From contig CM052817.1 in the NCBI GenBank assembly GCA_028534125.1, positions 74,650,109 to 74,714,000 of the forward strand: 63,892 nt of DNA, written 5' to 3'. The DNA is from Lama glama (lineage: Eukaryota). Of this stretch, positions 24,690-37,338 are shown piece after piece (position 1 is the first letter of the stretch; every line of letters begins with the position of its first letter). Made by a program: the position numbers and the translations under genes. Below the pieces are notes generated by a model, which worked only from the letters and a program-made list of their open reading frames with translations, did no database searches and was not told where the DNA came from.

Positions 24690-24960
24690 GCAGCATCTCA
24701 GAAGCCAAGAGAGAATTTGGAGGAGAAGAGGGTTCAGTAGTATCTAGCGTGAGAGAGAAGTCCAAGCAGATAACTGCTGGAAAAAGGGGCATTTGTATGA
24801 GCATTAGGAGGTATTCAATGCCCTTGACAGTGAGTGTTCAGGCAGAGTTGTGGTGGGGTCGATGGCAGACTGGAATCATTTAGGGAGTGAGCGGGGCCCA
24901 GCAAACAGACTGATGTTTTAAGACACTTGACTCCAAAGGGAGAGTGAGAGTAAGGCATGC
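24690..24960 (-). mobile_element. LINE-2 internal fragment
   Basis: 'gaagccaagagagaa...gagagaagtccaagcagata...attaggaggtattc...ccttgacagtgagtgttcaggcagagttgtgg'. Confidence 0.6.
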
Positions 24961-25136
24961 TCAAGGGGCATGTAAATTGAATGAGTGTGTTATAAACATT
25001 ATATATTTTTGGTAGAAAACTTAAAAAATCCAGAAATATATAAATGGGAAAATAAAACAAAATCACTCTTTTTGACAATCCAAATTTACTATTTGATAAC
25101 ATTTGATATTTACTTAGTTGTCATTATAATCATTTT

Positions 25137-25196
25137 ATGTGTGTGTGTATATATATATATAGATGTATACATATATATAAGTATATTACATATATG
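25137..25196. repeat. (TG)n/(TA)n low-complexity repeat, within old L1ME-like sequence (~24980-25570)
   Basis: atgtgtgtgtgtatatatatatatagatgtatacatatatata. Confidence 0.75.
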
Positions 25197-27059
25197 ATTC
25201 AGTTCCTTCCTTTCTTATTATGTTACAAGCACTTTCTCAAATTAAATATATTTTTTTAAACATCAGTTTTGATGATTCTATAGCATTCCATTGTAAAATA
25301 TACTATACTTTGGTCAATTCTCTACCACTGGATTCTTTGTGGTTCCTGGCTGTTTGCTGTTGGAAAGGAAGGCAGGGAACATCTTTGGACACACATGTTG
25401 GTAATTCTGATTTAGAGAGTTTCATGAATGTAAAATAATCTGCCAGTTGTTTTCCACAATATTTGTGCTGATTTACATTTTTGCCAGCTGCCTAAAACTA
25501 TGCTACATCTTTGCAAGGACTGAGTCTTATCATTAAAAATGACATCCTTGCTGATTTTACGAAAGACAGATCTCTTTGGTTCATTTGTTTAATCATTCCG
25601 CAAGTTTGAAGCTCCTTGGACTAAGTGGGAGGCTGAGGTCAGACTGCGTGTGGAGGTGCCGCGAGCCCGGTGACCAGTGCTTCCTCTCCAGGGCACAGAA
25701 GCAGAGCCCTGTGCCGCCTCCCAGAGATCAACAGGAGGAGAGTTTTCCCCTGAGTTATGAGTTGTAATCACTCTTAAGACAGGTTATCCATTTTATCTAG
25801 ACAACTGGTCTTCATTTTTACTTTTTGGGGGTGAATACAACAGCCCCTGCTTTGCAACCCTATGGGACTGAAGGGAAGATGAGATGGATGGGAAACTGGT
25901 CCAGCTCCTCCTTAGAGAGCTCTTCCCCTTCACTTCCTGCTCTGCCCCCTAGTCTTGCTCTTCCGAGTGTCCCCTTAAGCTCTTAGCCATTCTGGAAGCA
26001 GTTTTCATCTCTCCTGCAGGCTTCTCCTCTGTATTTCTGGGTCATGAGTTCATCCATTCTTTTCTATCCCTGAATAAGCTATTTGCCAAAATCTGTTGAT
26101 CAGAAATCCATTCCACCGATGGCCGTGGCCTCGGCCACACCTCTCTTCTTCTTGTCAGTTCTCAGAGGTACTTTTTCTCTTTTATATTCTTCACTCTAAT
26201 TTCCAGAGGAGCTTTGGGAGGAAAGGAGTAGAAACTCCTGTGTTCAGTCAACCATCTTGGACTGGAAACCTCTGCTCCAGGTGTTTTAAACATTCCAAAA
26301 ATATTTAATGATTATATAACCAGATGTAATTATATTTGTAATAGTGAATTTTCTCCTTTGCTTTATGTTCTGATTTCTTTTTTCTTCCTAGAGATCATTT
26401 AAAGCTCAGCACTTTTGATTGCTTTATTTTAAAAACAGTTTAACATTATTCCGTTTGATTTACTTTGGGAAAAGTCTAAGGCAAAAAATTTAATGATTTT
26501 GTTTCTCAAATATTAAGCCAGTTTGTAACACTTCATATTGAATAATCTGTTCTTTCATCATCTACTTGTAGTACTTCCTTCATCTCATATTATGTTCATA
26601 TTTATTCAAGAAGTTCTTATAAGCTACCTACTCTGATCCATTGATTTGAATTAGGATTCTTGGGCTAGTTCCACAGTGTTTTAATTACAAAATTTGTTTT
26701 AATATTTACCTTGCTGTCCCAAGCCATTACTGTTGCTTTTTCAACAATGTATTCTCTCTTCTTGCCTATTCTAGTAAATAAACCAGTATAATTTGGTCAA
26801 ATTCCAAACAAAACAAAACCATCCAGTGAGATTTTTGAGAGTAATTATTTAGTCTATTTATAATACAGGTAAAGAAGGATTGCCTTTTTAAAAATATTGT
26901 ATTCGATTAAAATACTATAGTATCTCTATGCAATTATTATCTCTCTGTATATGTCTTCAGAGAAAAGCTTGCCATATTAGTAGAGCCAACAAATATCCTT
27001 TTTAGTTAATTTTAAAAGTAATTATGTACTTTATTGTTACTGTGAATGAGATCATTTTA

Positions 27060-27600
27060 ATCATTACTTATATGAAAATAATACTTGTTGTTATTTTTAT
27101 TAAAAGAAAAGTAACACGTGTCCAATGTAGAAAAAGTTAAAATCTTTTATAATATTCATACCATCCAGAAAAAAAAACTGCCCATTGGTGCTCATCATCC
27201 CTATATGCGTACACTTATATATCTTTACAAAGTGGTACATGCTATGGTAATGTTCAGTGACCTAATTTTTAGTCAGTAGGATATCTTGAATATCTTTCCA
27301 TGCCACTAAATATTCTTTTACAAGATTATTTTAGTGGCTGTATTGTATGACTGAATGACAGTTTATTTAACCTGTTTCCAGTTATTGGGAATATTAACAT
27401 ATCTCCAAGTGTTTACAATTAGTAACCATCTTCTCTTGCCCTAAACAATGACTTCATGAAAATGCATATAGAGGTTAAATATCTATTATATATGTTGTAG
27501 GTTGTTTTTCTAGGGTGTCATTTGCCATTTAATTTTGTTTATAGTGCATTTGATACAGCCAACCCTTTTTTAATTATCTAGTTTATTTTGTTCTCATTAA
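27060..27600 (-). mobile_element. Old L1ME-like fragment
   Basis: 'atatcttgaatatctttccatgccactaaata...ttttagtggctgtattgt...tttatttaacctgtttccagttattgggaat'. Confidence 0.5.
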
Positions 27601-27620
27601 TTTTTTCCAGTTTCTTTTAC

Positions 27621-28812
27621 ATTTTTTTCTTAAACTAATGAACTTGACTTTTTAGAGCAGTTTTACATTCACAGCAAAGTTGAGCAGAAAGTACATGGAG
27701 TTCCCAAATACCCCTTTCCCCTACACTTGCACAGCTTTCTCCACTATCAGCATCTGGTACCACTGTGGTACATTTGTTACCATCAGTGAGCCTACATTGA
27801 CGCATCATTGTCTCCCAGAGTCCACACTTTACAGAGTTCATGCTTGTTGTGAGGTCTGTGGGTTTGGGTAAATGTATAATGGCATGAATCCACCATTGTA
27901 GTATCTTACAGAATAGTTCCACTGACCTCAAAGTCCTGTGTTCTCTGCCTATTCATCCTTCCTCGCCTGCAACCAATCTCTTTACTGTTTCCACAGTTTT
28001 GCCTTTTCCAGAAGGTCATATAGTTGGAATCATATAGTATGTAGTCCTTTCAGGTTGACTTCTTTCATTTAGTAAGTAGACATTTAAATTTCCTCCCTGT
28101 CTTTTCATGGCTTGAGAAACCATTTTTTAGTGCCGAATAAGATTCCATTACACAGATGTACCAGTTTATTTATTCACCTGAGGGTGGTAAACTCAGTTGC
28201 TCCCAAGTTTTGGCAATTGTAAATAAAGCTGTTATTAACATTTGTGTGCAGATTTTTATACAAACATCAATTTTCACCTCCTTTGGGTAAATACCAAGGA
28301 GCACAATTGCTGGGTCACACGGTAAGAGTGTGTTTAGTTTTATAAGAAACCACCAACTTGTCTTCCAAAGTATTTGTACTGTTTTGCATCCCCACCAGCA
28401 ATGTATGGGAGTTTCCATCGTTCCATATCCTCTTCAGCATTTGGTGGTGTCACTGTTCTGGATTTTGGCCATTTTAATAGATGTGTAATGGGATCTCATT
28501 ATTGTGTCAATTTGCACTTCCCTGATGACGTACAATGTGGAACGTCTTTTCGTATGCTTATTTGTCATCTGTGTTTTCTTTGGTGAGGTGTCTATTAACA
28601 TCTTTGAACACTTTATAAATTAGGTTGTTTGATTTTTGTTTTTTTCGTTTGTGAGTTTTAAGAGTTCCTTCCTTATATGTCTTGGATAACAGTCCTTTAT
28701 CAGATAGGTCTTTTGCAGATATTTCTCCCAGACTGTTGCATATCTTCTCATTCCCTTATTTTTCTCAGAGGAGAAGACTTTACTGTTAATGAAGTCCAGC
28801 TCATCAGTAGAC
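27621..28812 (-). mobile_element. L1MC-like LINE-1, 3' UTR plus end of ORF2, 5'-truncated
   Basis: 3' end 'ttttagagcagttttacattcacagcaaagttgagcagaaagtaca'; minus-strand ORF 28170-28418 gives an L1 ORF2-like peptide 'LWKTSWWFLIKLNTLLPCDPAIVLLGIYPKE'. Confidence 0.9.
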
Positions 28813-29149
28813 AGACACATTGATATTTCTGGATTAGCAGAACCTCACTGTTGGTAGTTGTGTTAGTCATTTGGTTATCCATCACAATGGTATTCATGAG
28901 ATTAAAGTGCCGTTGTAATCCTTCATAATTAGCTTTGTATTTGAACAGCAGAATGACAAACTTGTGCAAATGATGCTTCTTTATCTTAATTACTATTTTT
29001 TCATGAAGCCATATGAGGATCTAGTAGACATTATTTTTAGAAGATATTTTATCACATGAATATTGGTATCTGAATAGTTAGATTTAGAATTTATATCTAC
29101 AGAATCTATGTACTTTTTCTAACCTAATTTTGGTACAGTAACCACTCAT

Positions 29150-29280
29150 ACTCATTTAAAATTCAGTCGCTCAGTCACACTGACAGCATTTTAGCTGTTC
29201 AATGGAGGCTACTATATTGGACAGAAAGGAGACAGAACATTTTCATTGTCACAGAAAGTTCTATTGGGCAGTGCTGTTCT
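29150..29280. mobile_element. MER3 (hAT-Charlie) fragment
   Basis: 'aaattcagtcgctcagtcacact...ggctactatattggacag...agaacattttcattgtcacagaaagttctattgggcagtgctg'. Confidence 0.8.
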
Positions 29281-30592
29281 GGAACATAAGCAATTGTATA
29301 TTAAACAACCTTTTTGTGTGGTTTCTTTTTACTTTGCAGTAATTAATCGAAATAAAATACTGAAGTAAAAAAGGAAGAATAAAATAAAGAACACAGTGAA
29401 AAGATTTGTTTCCCCCCTATTATTTTTTGTTTTGTTTCTTATTTATAAAGTAGTAATTTTAACTGTAGCTGAACAAACTGAGTGTGCTCACTGCTCAGCT
29501 AGATGCGAAACACAGCAGGCAGAGCAGTTGCCCAGCACTGGTCCATCATCCCGCATGTCTTCCTAGGCGTGCAGATAATAACGGGCAAAGCAATCACGGT
29601 GGTGGGCAGTAGCTGCCGAAACAATTCTTTCTGCATAAACCTCATTCCTAGAATTAATAGCATATCTACTTAAAATTCCTAGTTTTTTCCTCCTTGGCAT
29701 TGGAAGAAGGTTATACCAGAGAGATACATTGGAGAGGCAACGTAGGAGAATAAAGGCCTGGAAAGTTTTCTGCAAGACTGACGACTCAATTTTCCTCCTT
29801 CATTGACCATGTAATTGTAGAATAAACTTACTTCATTGCTGTAGAAACAGTGTTTTCTCCAGCTTTATTTTTTTTAAGCCCTCACATTAATTCAAGCAAC
29901 ATTTAACATAGGCTTTCATGTTTATAACGTGCATTACTTCTGTTTACTCTTAATAGTACGGCATCAACTCATCTAGAAGTGGCTGGAAAATGTCCGTGTA
30001 GTGAGAGAGGGGAAAAGCCCTGGGAAATATAATGTGTTTTATAATTTAATCTTGGTATTGGGAGAGTCGATCATTTGCCTGTTATTGATTTCTTTCTTTT
30101 TTCTTTTTTTTTAGGTTGCTTGCAGTGTTTGAATGTTGAGAAGGTATAGTCGTTTAAACTGCATTTAGATGGTGGGAATTTGTACAAGTAGAATGGTTAA
30201 TACATAATAATGAATAAAACTAAATATAGATTTGGTGATTGCATATAAATATATTTTGAGTTGTTCCTTGAAGTGAAAGTGTCCAGTTTGCATGGGTAAT
30301 TATTGTTTAGATCTTTCCCTTTTTGGAAGCTTATTTAGAGCCTAAGTAAAACTTATATTAGGTAGCTTAGGGGGAGTTTGCACATTCTGTGGCCCTTCAT
30401 AGGTGTTATTTCTAAAACATAATAGAAGATGACTCTAACTATTGTATATACTCTGTTAACACAAAAAAGTAGAAGAAGCCTTAGACACCAAGTGCACAGC
30501 TGTCATCTGACTTGCCCTTTGCACCCAAGTTACAGGTACAACCCAGGAAGTGTGGTCAGGGACATACTCACTCATCAACTCATCAGTCACTT

Positions 30593-30732
30593 TTTTTTTT
30601 AACTTTTTTTTTTTTTTTTTTGGTGTGGGAGGTGATTAGGTTTGTTTTACTTTTTTAGAGGAGGTACTGAGGATTGAACCCAGGACCTCTGCATGCTAAG
30701 TATGCACTCTACCACAGGAGCTATACCCTCCC
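30593..30732 (-). mobile_element. tRNA-Ala-derived camelid vic-1-type SINE with poly(A) tail and TSD
   Basis: Reverse complement reads gggagggtatagctc...tggtagagtgcatacttagcatgcagaggtcctgggttcaatcctcagtacctcc...aaacctaatcacctccc + A-tail; TSD tcagtcactt at 30583-30592 and 30733-30742. Confidence 0.88.
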
Positions 30733-31477
30733 TCAGTCACTTCTTTCATAAGTGTTTACTGAGATCCAGTTAACTCTCTTGAACTTTTCTATTAAAAGTT
30801 TCTCTTTTAGACAATGTCCTGACATGAATCAGCAAACTGATATAAGTTACAGAAACCAGGATACTTAAGGATGTTTAGATAAAGGAGGAATTCACATTAA
30901 AGGTTATTTTTTTCCCTGTGGAAAAAATGTCTTTTCTATAGAACTACTACTTGAAAGAATTATTTTCTAAAACATAATCGTTCTTTCATATGCTTTGGTC
31001 ATAGTTGAGAATGTAACTGCTGTGATAAAATGATTTAAAAAGAGACATACATGCTGATATACCTGGAAATAAAAAGTCTTGGCATTTCTTCCTGGGATTA
31101 ACATTGATTTTCAATCAAAAGAAAAGGTTTCATAGATACCTCATAGCTATTATTCAAAGAAGAGAGACCTTTTGTCATTCAATCTGACTGAAGTTTCATT
31201 TCAAATTTTAAAAAAAATTTAGTATTCCATTATTGACGTAATTGTGTTCCAAAACTGATACATTTTAAAAATATTTCAGTTGATGCCAGCTTTGCTATCA
31301 GTTCTTTACCTTAAAAAATATCTTTCAAAAATAAAGAGATAACCGGAACAAGTAATTTTTGAAAGCGATCCTCAAAGTACTTGGTCATCAGATACTTAGA
31401 AAAAGTGTCTTTGTGATTGTTTTGAGTGGTAAGGATTGCATTCTGTTTTAAATAGTTTTCTGTTTGTCATTTCAGCT

Positions 31478-32299
31478 ATGAAGTCTTACACTCCATATTT
31501 CATGCTCCTGTGGAGTGCTGTTGGGATAGCGAAGGCTGCCAAAATCATCATCGTGCCGCCAATTATGTTTGAAAGCCATATGTACATTTTTAAGACACTC
31601 GCCTCGGCGTTGCACGAGAGAGGGCACCGCACAGTGTTCCTCCTCTCTGAAGGCAGAGACATCGCGCCATCTAATCATTACAGCCTCCAGCGCTACCCAG
31701 GGATCTTTAACAGCACCACCTCGGATGCGTTCCTGCAGTCCAAAATGCGGAATATTTTCTCTGGGAGACTGACAGCAATCGAACTGTTTGACATACTGGA
31801 TCGCTATACTAAGAACTGTGACATGATGGTTGGCAACCGTGCCCTGATTCAGGGTCTGAAAAAGGAAAAGTTTGACCTACTGCTGGTGGACCCTAATGAC
31901 ATGTGTGGATTTGTGATAGCTCATCTTTTAGGGGTTAAATATGCTGTATTCTCAACTGGCCTTTGGTATCCTGCTGAAGTGGGTGCTCCTGCCCCATTAG
32001 CTTACGTCCCAGAGTTTAACTCACTCCTCACCGACCACATGAACCTGCTGCAAAGGATGAAAAATACCGGCGTTTACCTCATTTCCAGATTAGGGATCAG
32101 TTTTCTGGTTCTTCCCAAATATGAAAGGATAATGCAGAAGTACAACCTGCTGCCGGAGAAGTCCATGTATGACTTGGTCCACGGGTCCAGCCTGTGGATG
32201 CTGTGTACAGATGTAGCACTGGAGTTTCCGAGACCCACGCTGCCTAATGTTGTTTATGTAGGAGGAATCCTAACCAAACCGGCCAGCCCACTACCAGAA
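31478..32299 (+). CDS. UGT8: UDP-galactose:ceramide galactosyltransferase (CGT), first coding exon, residues 1-274 (signal peptide and N-terminal acceptor-binding domain); partial gene
   Basis: Translation MKSYTPYFMLLWSAVGIAKAAKIIIVPPIMFESHMYIF...EFPRPTLPNVVYVGGILTKPASPLPE is recognisably UGT8; acceptor tttcag| at 31475, 2 nt UTR, ATG at 31478; donor GAA|gtaagg after 32299 (822 nt, phase 0); His34/Asp138 at the UGT catalytic dyad positions and an N78-S-T sequon. Confidence 0.98.
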
Positions 32300-34004
32300 G
32301 TAAGGTTTGCTGAACTCCTTGGTAATGTTTTCTAAATATAAATGTCAGTTTGTCAGTTTTAACTTTTGGAAGAAATAAGATTGGGTCTTGTTGGATTACA
32401 AATACTATTTTGAAAAGTGGTTAGGACACAGAGCCTACCAAGGTCCCTTTATTTGTGGGTGCCCCACTCCCCTGGAAAGCATTTCTGCTTTGAACGTTTC
32501 AGTAATGCCAGGGGACCTCTACCTTGTGGTCAGTAGACTGGCTGCGAAGTTGATCTGGGATTAAGCGACAAGCATAGTATGTGAGGAGAGTGTAATTAGA
32601 TAGTCCGTTCTACTGAGTGTAAGAGATTCTGCTTTTGATTAAACACTGAGTTCCCTCTGATCTCCCCCAGACGATGCAAACACACGTCTCTGCATCTAGG
32701 TTAGGTCCAGTGAACTCAAATAAGTAGGATGACATCAAGAGTGTCCTTCTTTCTGTAGTCATAACCGCTAGGAAGTTTGTGTCCAGCAACAAAAGTGAGG
32801 TAGTAACTTCCATCCAGCTAGGGAGCCAACTGATTTTTGCTTAGTAAGCAAATGTGACTGTTTTAAAGAATTCATGCCCCCTTGTGATTTCATTTCAAAG
32901 ACAGAATTAATTAGGTTTTTAACAAAACCTGTCTATTCTCTAAGTCAAACTGAACTCTTTTTTGGTGGGGGCTGAACTGTCATCGAATCCCTTGTGTTCT
33001 GTTCTCCATCCCAGCCTGTTTTTTTATTAGGTATCTCAAACTCACAGGAGCTGTACTTGTATATCTGTTACTGTAGGGGGTTTTCTAGCCTCAGGTTGAC
33101 TCTGGATTTAATCTCCACATCTGATGTCATTTATCAGAAGCATAGGGCCTGTTCTATGATTTTCTCTATTGCAACCATTTCTACTCTTAAAATCTTGAAA
33201 ATAGCCACTCAGAACAACAATTGTTCATTTCTAGCTTTGGCCACTACATATTAAAGAATGTATCAGGGCCTTGATGAAGAGTAAATCCAGATTTTCTCAT
33301 CTAGGCATCAAATGAGCACCATCACCGGGCAGAATTTTCTTGTGGGGAAGTAAGATGATTAGAGTGCACAACCTGTAGACTTTTATAACACCTCCATTAG
33401 AAGTGTAAATACAAAGTATAAATAATACTTTGATATGATATATTTCACATAACATGAAAAAACAAAACTTGCCAGATCTTCGGCCCATAAATCCCGGATG
33501 CCACTGGTGGAAGCTGCGAGGCGAGCACAGTCCTCTCTGACACCAGCTGTAAAGGATGGGGATTAAGTCCAGTGTGTCTCAGCCATTCGTGAATTCATCC
33601 AAGCCCATTTGGAATCCTGGAAATAGTCTCCCAGAGTCACTGTGTGATGTATTACTCCCTTCCTAAAATCAGATGTTAGAAGTAGCTTCTAAAAGACTTG
33701 GAAGCAAGTCTATCTTTTCCTTAACTGAATGTGTAATAATGTTAGGCAGATCAAGCCCACTCTCTCCCAAGTCTTCATCTTCTCCCAGCCGGAGCACTGC
33801 CTTTCTTCCTGCTCCTTCGGGTTTTTGTTTGAGTGTTGTCTCCCTTCTTCAGGTTGAAGAAGGGATCGATGATAATAGGGAATCTTCTGACTGCCTGTAC
33901 ATTTTTCTTGAGTTGCAGCAGCTTGAACTACACAGCCTAAGCACCGAATACAATTTTATGCTTCGTAAGATAGCATGGGTCCTTACGCCTGTTAGATTTC
34001 ACTA

Positions 34005-34715
34005 CAGTAATGCTCCCCACATCTGTGGCTTCAGTTACCCTCGCTCAATCGCGATCAGAAAATGTTAAATGGAAAATTCCATAGATAAGCAATTCATAAG
34101 TTTTAAATCGCACATTGTTTTGAGTAGCGTGATGAAATCTCGCAGAGTCCAGCTCTGTCCTGCTCTGTCCTGTCCTGCCCAGAATCCCCAACCATCAACA
34201 CTGTCTGCTCGAGACACCCATCAACATCCTCGTGGTTCCATGATCCAGGGTCACTCAGAGCAGACAATTCTCCTTTTTATTTTACTTTTTATTTTTAATT
34301 GTATAGTCAGTTTACAATGTTGTGTCAATTTCTGGTGTACAGCACAACGTGATCCTCCTTCTGATGCACTGTCAGAAGGTCAGCAGTACCCTGACTCTGT
34401 CTCGTAGTGCCTGCGTAATTAACTTCACCTCACGTGATCAAATAGGCATTTTATCATAAGAAGGCTGGGTAGAGTACAGTGAGATATTGAGAGAGAGAGA
34501 GAGAGATCACATTCACATAACATTTATGACAGTATATTGTGTCAGTTTTATTAATTGTTAATCTCGTACCGTGCCTAGTTCATAAATTAAAATTCATCAC
34601 AGGTATGTATGTACAGGGAAAACCTGGTATATATAGGGTTCAGTACTATCTGAGGTTTCAAGCGTCCACTGGGGGGTCTTGGAACATAAACCCTGGAGAT
34701 AAGCAGGGACTGCTG
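34005..34715. mobile_element. MER44/Tigger7-family DNA transposon
   Basis: 'ttcagttaccctcgctcaatcgcgatcagaaaatgttaaatggaaaattcc...gagtagcgtgatgaaatctcgc' and end 'tagggttcagtactatctgaggtttcaagcgtccactggggggtcttggaac...ggactgctg'; TA precedes the left end. Confidence 0.88.
34276..34349 (-). mobile_element. Very short 5'-truncated L1 3' end inserted in MER44
   Basis: T-rich tail followed by 'gtatagtcagtttacaatgttgtgtcaatttctggtgtacagca' (artiodactyl-type L1 3' end, antisense); flanked by caattctcctt / tgatcctcctt. Confidence 0.75.
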
Positions 34716-35469
34716 TGCTTTGTTTTACTTTAAAAGCACCTTTTGGGTTTTGGAGCCTCCTATAAGGTTACTACTCGAAATGTTTTCTGATTTGCCATGA
34801 CTTCTAGTTTGACCTTCTTTGTGGGGCTTCCTTGTTCTTTTTTCCTCTTGGGGTTTTCTGTAATGATTCTTTTGAAAATGTGCTATTTATTTACAAGCAT
34901 TGCCTTGGCTGTGACATTTAGTTCTGTGTCACAGGCAAATACATACACATCCGGCATGTGCCTGCGTTATGCATGTGGACCTAGATTAGTGTATTGTCAT
35001 TGAGAGTGGGTTAGGTTATGAGCATGAAGGCCATTTTCATTTTGGTGAGCCATTTACAAAGTTCTTCAGTAGAGGGAGTATTTTGAAGAATGATGTGTCT
35101 TAAAATTTCTGATATTCCTTACACTAGCGAGGTTTTATGTGCTTAGGAACCCAAGCGTTCCGATTGGGACTTCTCTAGTAGATCTGTCTGATACAGTAAA
35201 CTGTACCTCAGGGTCCTAAAAGTTAATGAGTTTCTCAAATGCCTGTATTATTTACAGGTCATGGTAGTGACACTAAAATAATAGGGCCCAGCAAGTGGCC
35301 ACTTAGAACACATGACTCACTAAACAGCTTAATTGTTAACTACCTCGGTATCTTACACTGGGAGAGGTTTAGGTTTTCCAGATGTCTGGAAATGATTGGA
35401 CAGTGGGATTTCATTTCACAACCTGGGATAAAAAGTTAGAGAAATGTCTAAACGGCATTTTTTAGAAGC

Positions 35470-35660
35470 TTTCATAATGTTGGAGCCTAAAGAAACTCAA
35501 GAGAGCATTTGGTTCAGCTCCAGTTCTTCCTCCTCAAAATGCAGCAAGTAGCCCATTCGTTTGTCACGTAGGAGATTAAAAGAGTTTGAGTGTCTCATCC
35601 AAGGCCACACAGAAAGCTTGTGGCTCAGCCAAGTGACATGTGGATTGTTTCACTATCGAT
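35470..35660 (-). mobile_element. MIR-like fragment
   Basis: 'agattaaaagagtttgagtgtctcatccaaggccacacagaaag'. Confidence 0.45.
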
Positions 35661-36260
35661 GAGATATTTTGTCAAGATGCCTGCGTCTCTTGTCACTCAT
35701 TTACTCATTTGCACATTTATAGTGTGTGCCGAACTCTGCAGAGACAGCAGTTTCTCTAATCTTCAAAGACTGTGAGGACTTAACTATGAGAGTCAAAAGA
35801 TAGCATTTGGACTCCTATGATGCTGTAGAGATGTAGTAGTAAAGAAATCTGCCATGGTCCCAATGTTTTTGATTACAGTGCTATGTTGGTGTAGAGTGAA
35901 GAAATTGTCTGCCTTCATGACAATCATTTTTAAATGCCTGTGCCTAACTTATTGTACTATTTAATACCTGGTAGGAGTCCTTAAAATGTGAGGATTAAGG
36001 GGAAGAGGTTTAGGTTGGATCATATCCAGATAGTAGCCTATCTCTTTCATTACAGAGTGGTAGAGAACATGATATGAATTCAAAAAGAAAAAAAAGTTGG
36101 GGGGAAAAAGGTTTACTTTGGCCAGGAAGGAGGTCTATAAACATAGATTCCTATTTGGTTAGGTCCTTCAAGTAATAAATGTGAATGAAATAATAATATG
36201 TAATAGAGGATGACTGTAGCTTTTAGTAGTTTGTTTGGTTTTTTTGTGAATCAGAGGGTA

Positions 36261-36261
36261 T

Positions 36262-36301
<40 letters not shown>

Positions 36302-36303
36302 TT
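36261..36303. repeat. (TTTA)n microsatellite, followed by a short MLT1 end fragment (~36301-36351)
   Basis: About ten attt units; then 'attgctgcataaaaaactaccccagaacttagtggcttaaaacaacattt'. Confidence 0.85.
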
Positions 36304-37338
36304 GCTGCATAAAAAACTACCCCAGAACTTAGTGGCTTAAAACAACATTTACTTTGAGAAGTTTTATTAAGGGGTAATAGCAATACTACCACCGAAGAAT
36401 AGTACATTTACTTAGGGAGTCTTTTGATGATTAAAATTGAGGTGATGAATTTTAGGTGATTTCCCATTGGCTGAAGTGGTCTGGCTCTGCCGTGCACTCG
36501 GTCTCTGCCACTGTTCAGCGTCTACGGCCCTGAACTGTGATTGCATCTAATGGACTGTACCTTAATTATCGGTTTTTTCACGCGGTTCTCTCCCTAACTG
36601 GGGTGTGGATGCCTGAAAGGGTGGATAACCTACTTACTCTCCTCTGCCGTGTGTACTTGGAAAATGGTAGCCATTTAAAATTAAATGAACTGCGTCAAAT
36701 AGAAGTAGGTGCCAAAAAAGTAGGTGATTCAGCTAGTACATCAATGTTGTTAATATTATAACCATTTTTTGTTGATTCCAAATTTATGTCCAGATGCCTT
36801 CTCGGTCATTGGGTCACCAAACATTCCAGGCTGAGTTGTTTTAATGAATTAGAGTAGCTACCTAAAGTTGTCGATATTGAGAAATGGAAATCACTGCATA
36901 TCACCCAGCTGGTGAGCTAAATGGTCTCTCCTGTGTTCCAAATACCCTTGTGAATGAGGGCAGCAGCGCAAGCCGGGCCTGCTGTTGTTGCCTGAAAGAC
37001 GGCTTGGTTGCTGTGACACTCACCTGGTGGACCTCAGAGGTGCCTTACTGCCAGGCTGGGAGTATGAGGGGCATCTTCATTTCACCATTTGTAGAGACAT
37101 TTTTAATTTGCGGAAACAGTCCTGGTGAGAGATACAGATAAGCGATAAACAGAGATAAGAAAGAGCGTGAGACCAAGAATGGGGTCATGAGATAATCATT
37201 GTTTGTCATTTTGTCATTTACCAGAGAGCTCCCTCACAGAGAAAGGTTCTGGGGGAAAAACAGACATTGTGCAACAGATCAAGTTATGAGAAGGAGAATA
37301 AAACCAAAAATCAAAAGAGAGACTTTATACTTAGTTTT

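Noticed and set aside
31436..32335. 299-aa ORF as a complete protein (TTG start, C-terminal VRFAELLGNVF*)
   Set aside because: The first 14 codons are the intronic acceptor region and the last 11 are read-through of the donor; no canonical AATAAA right after the stop supports a truncated isoform.
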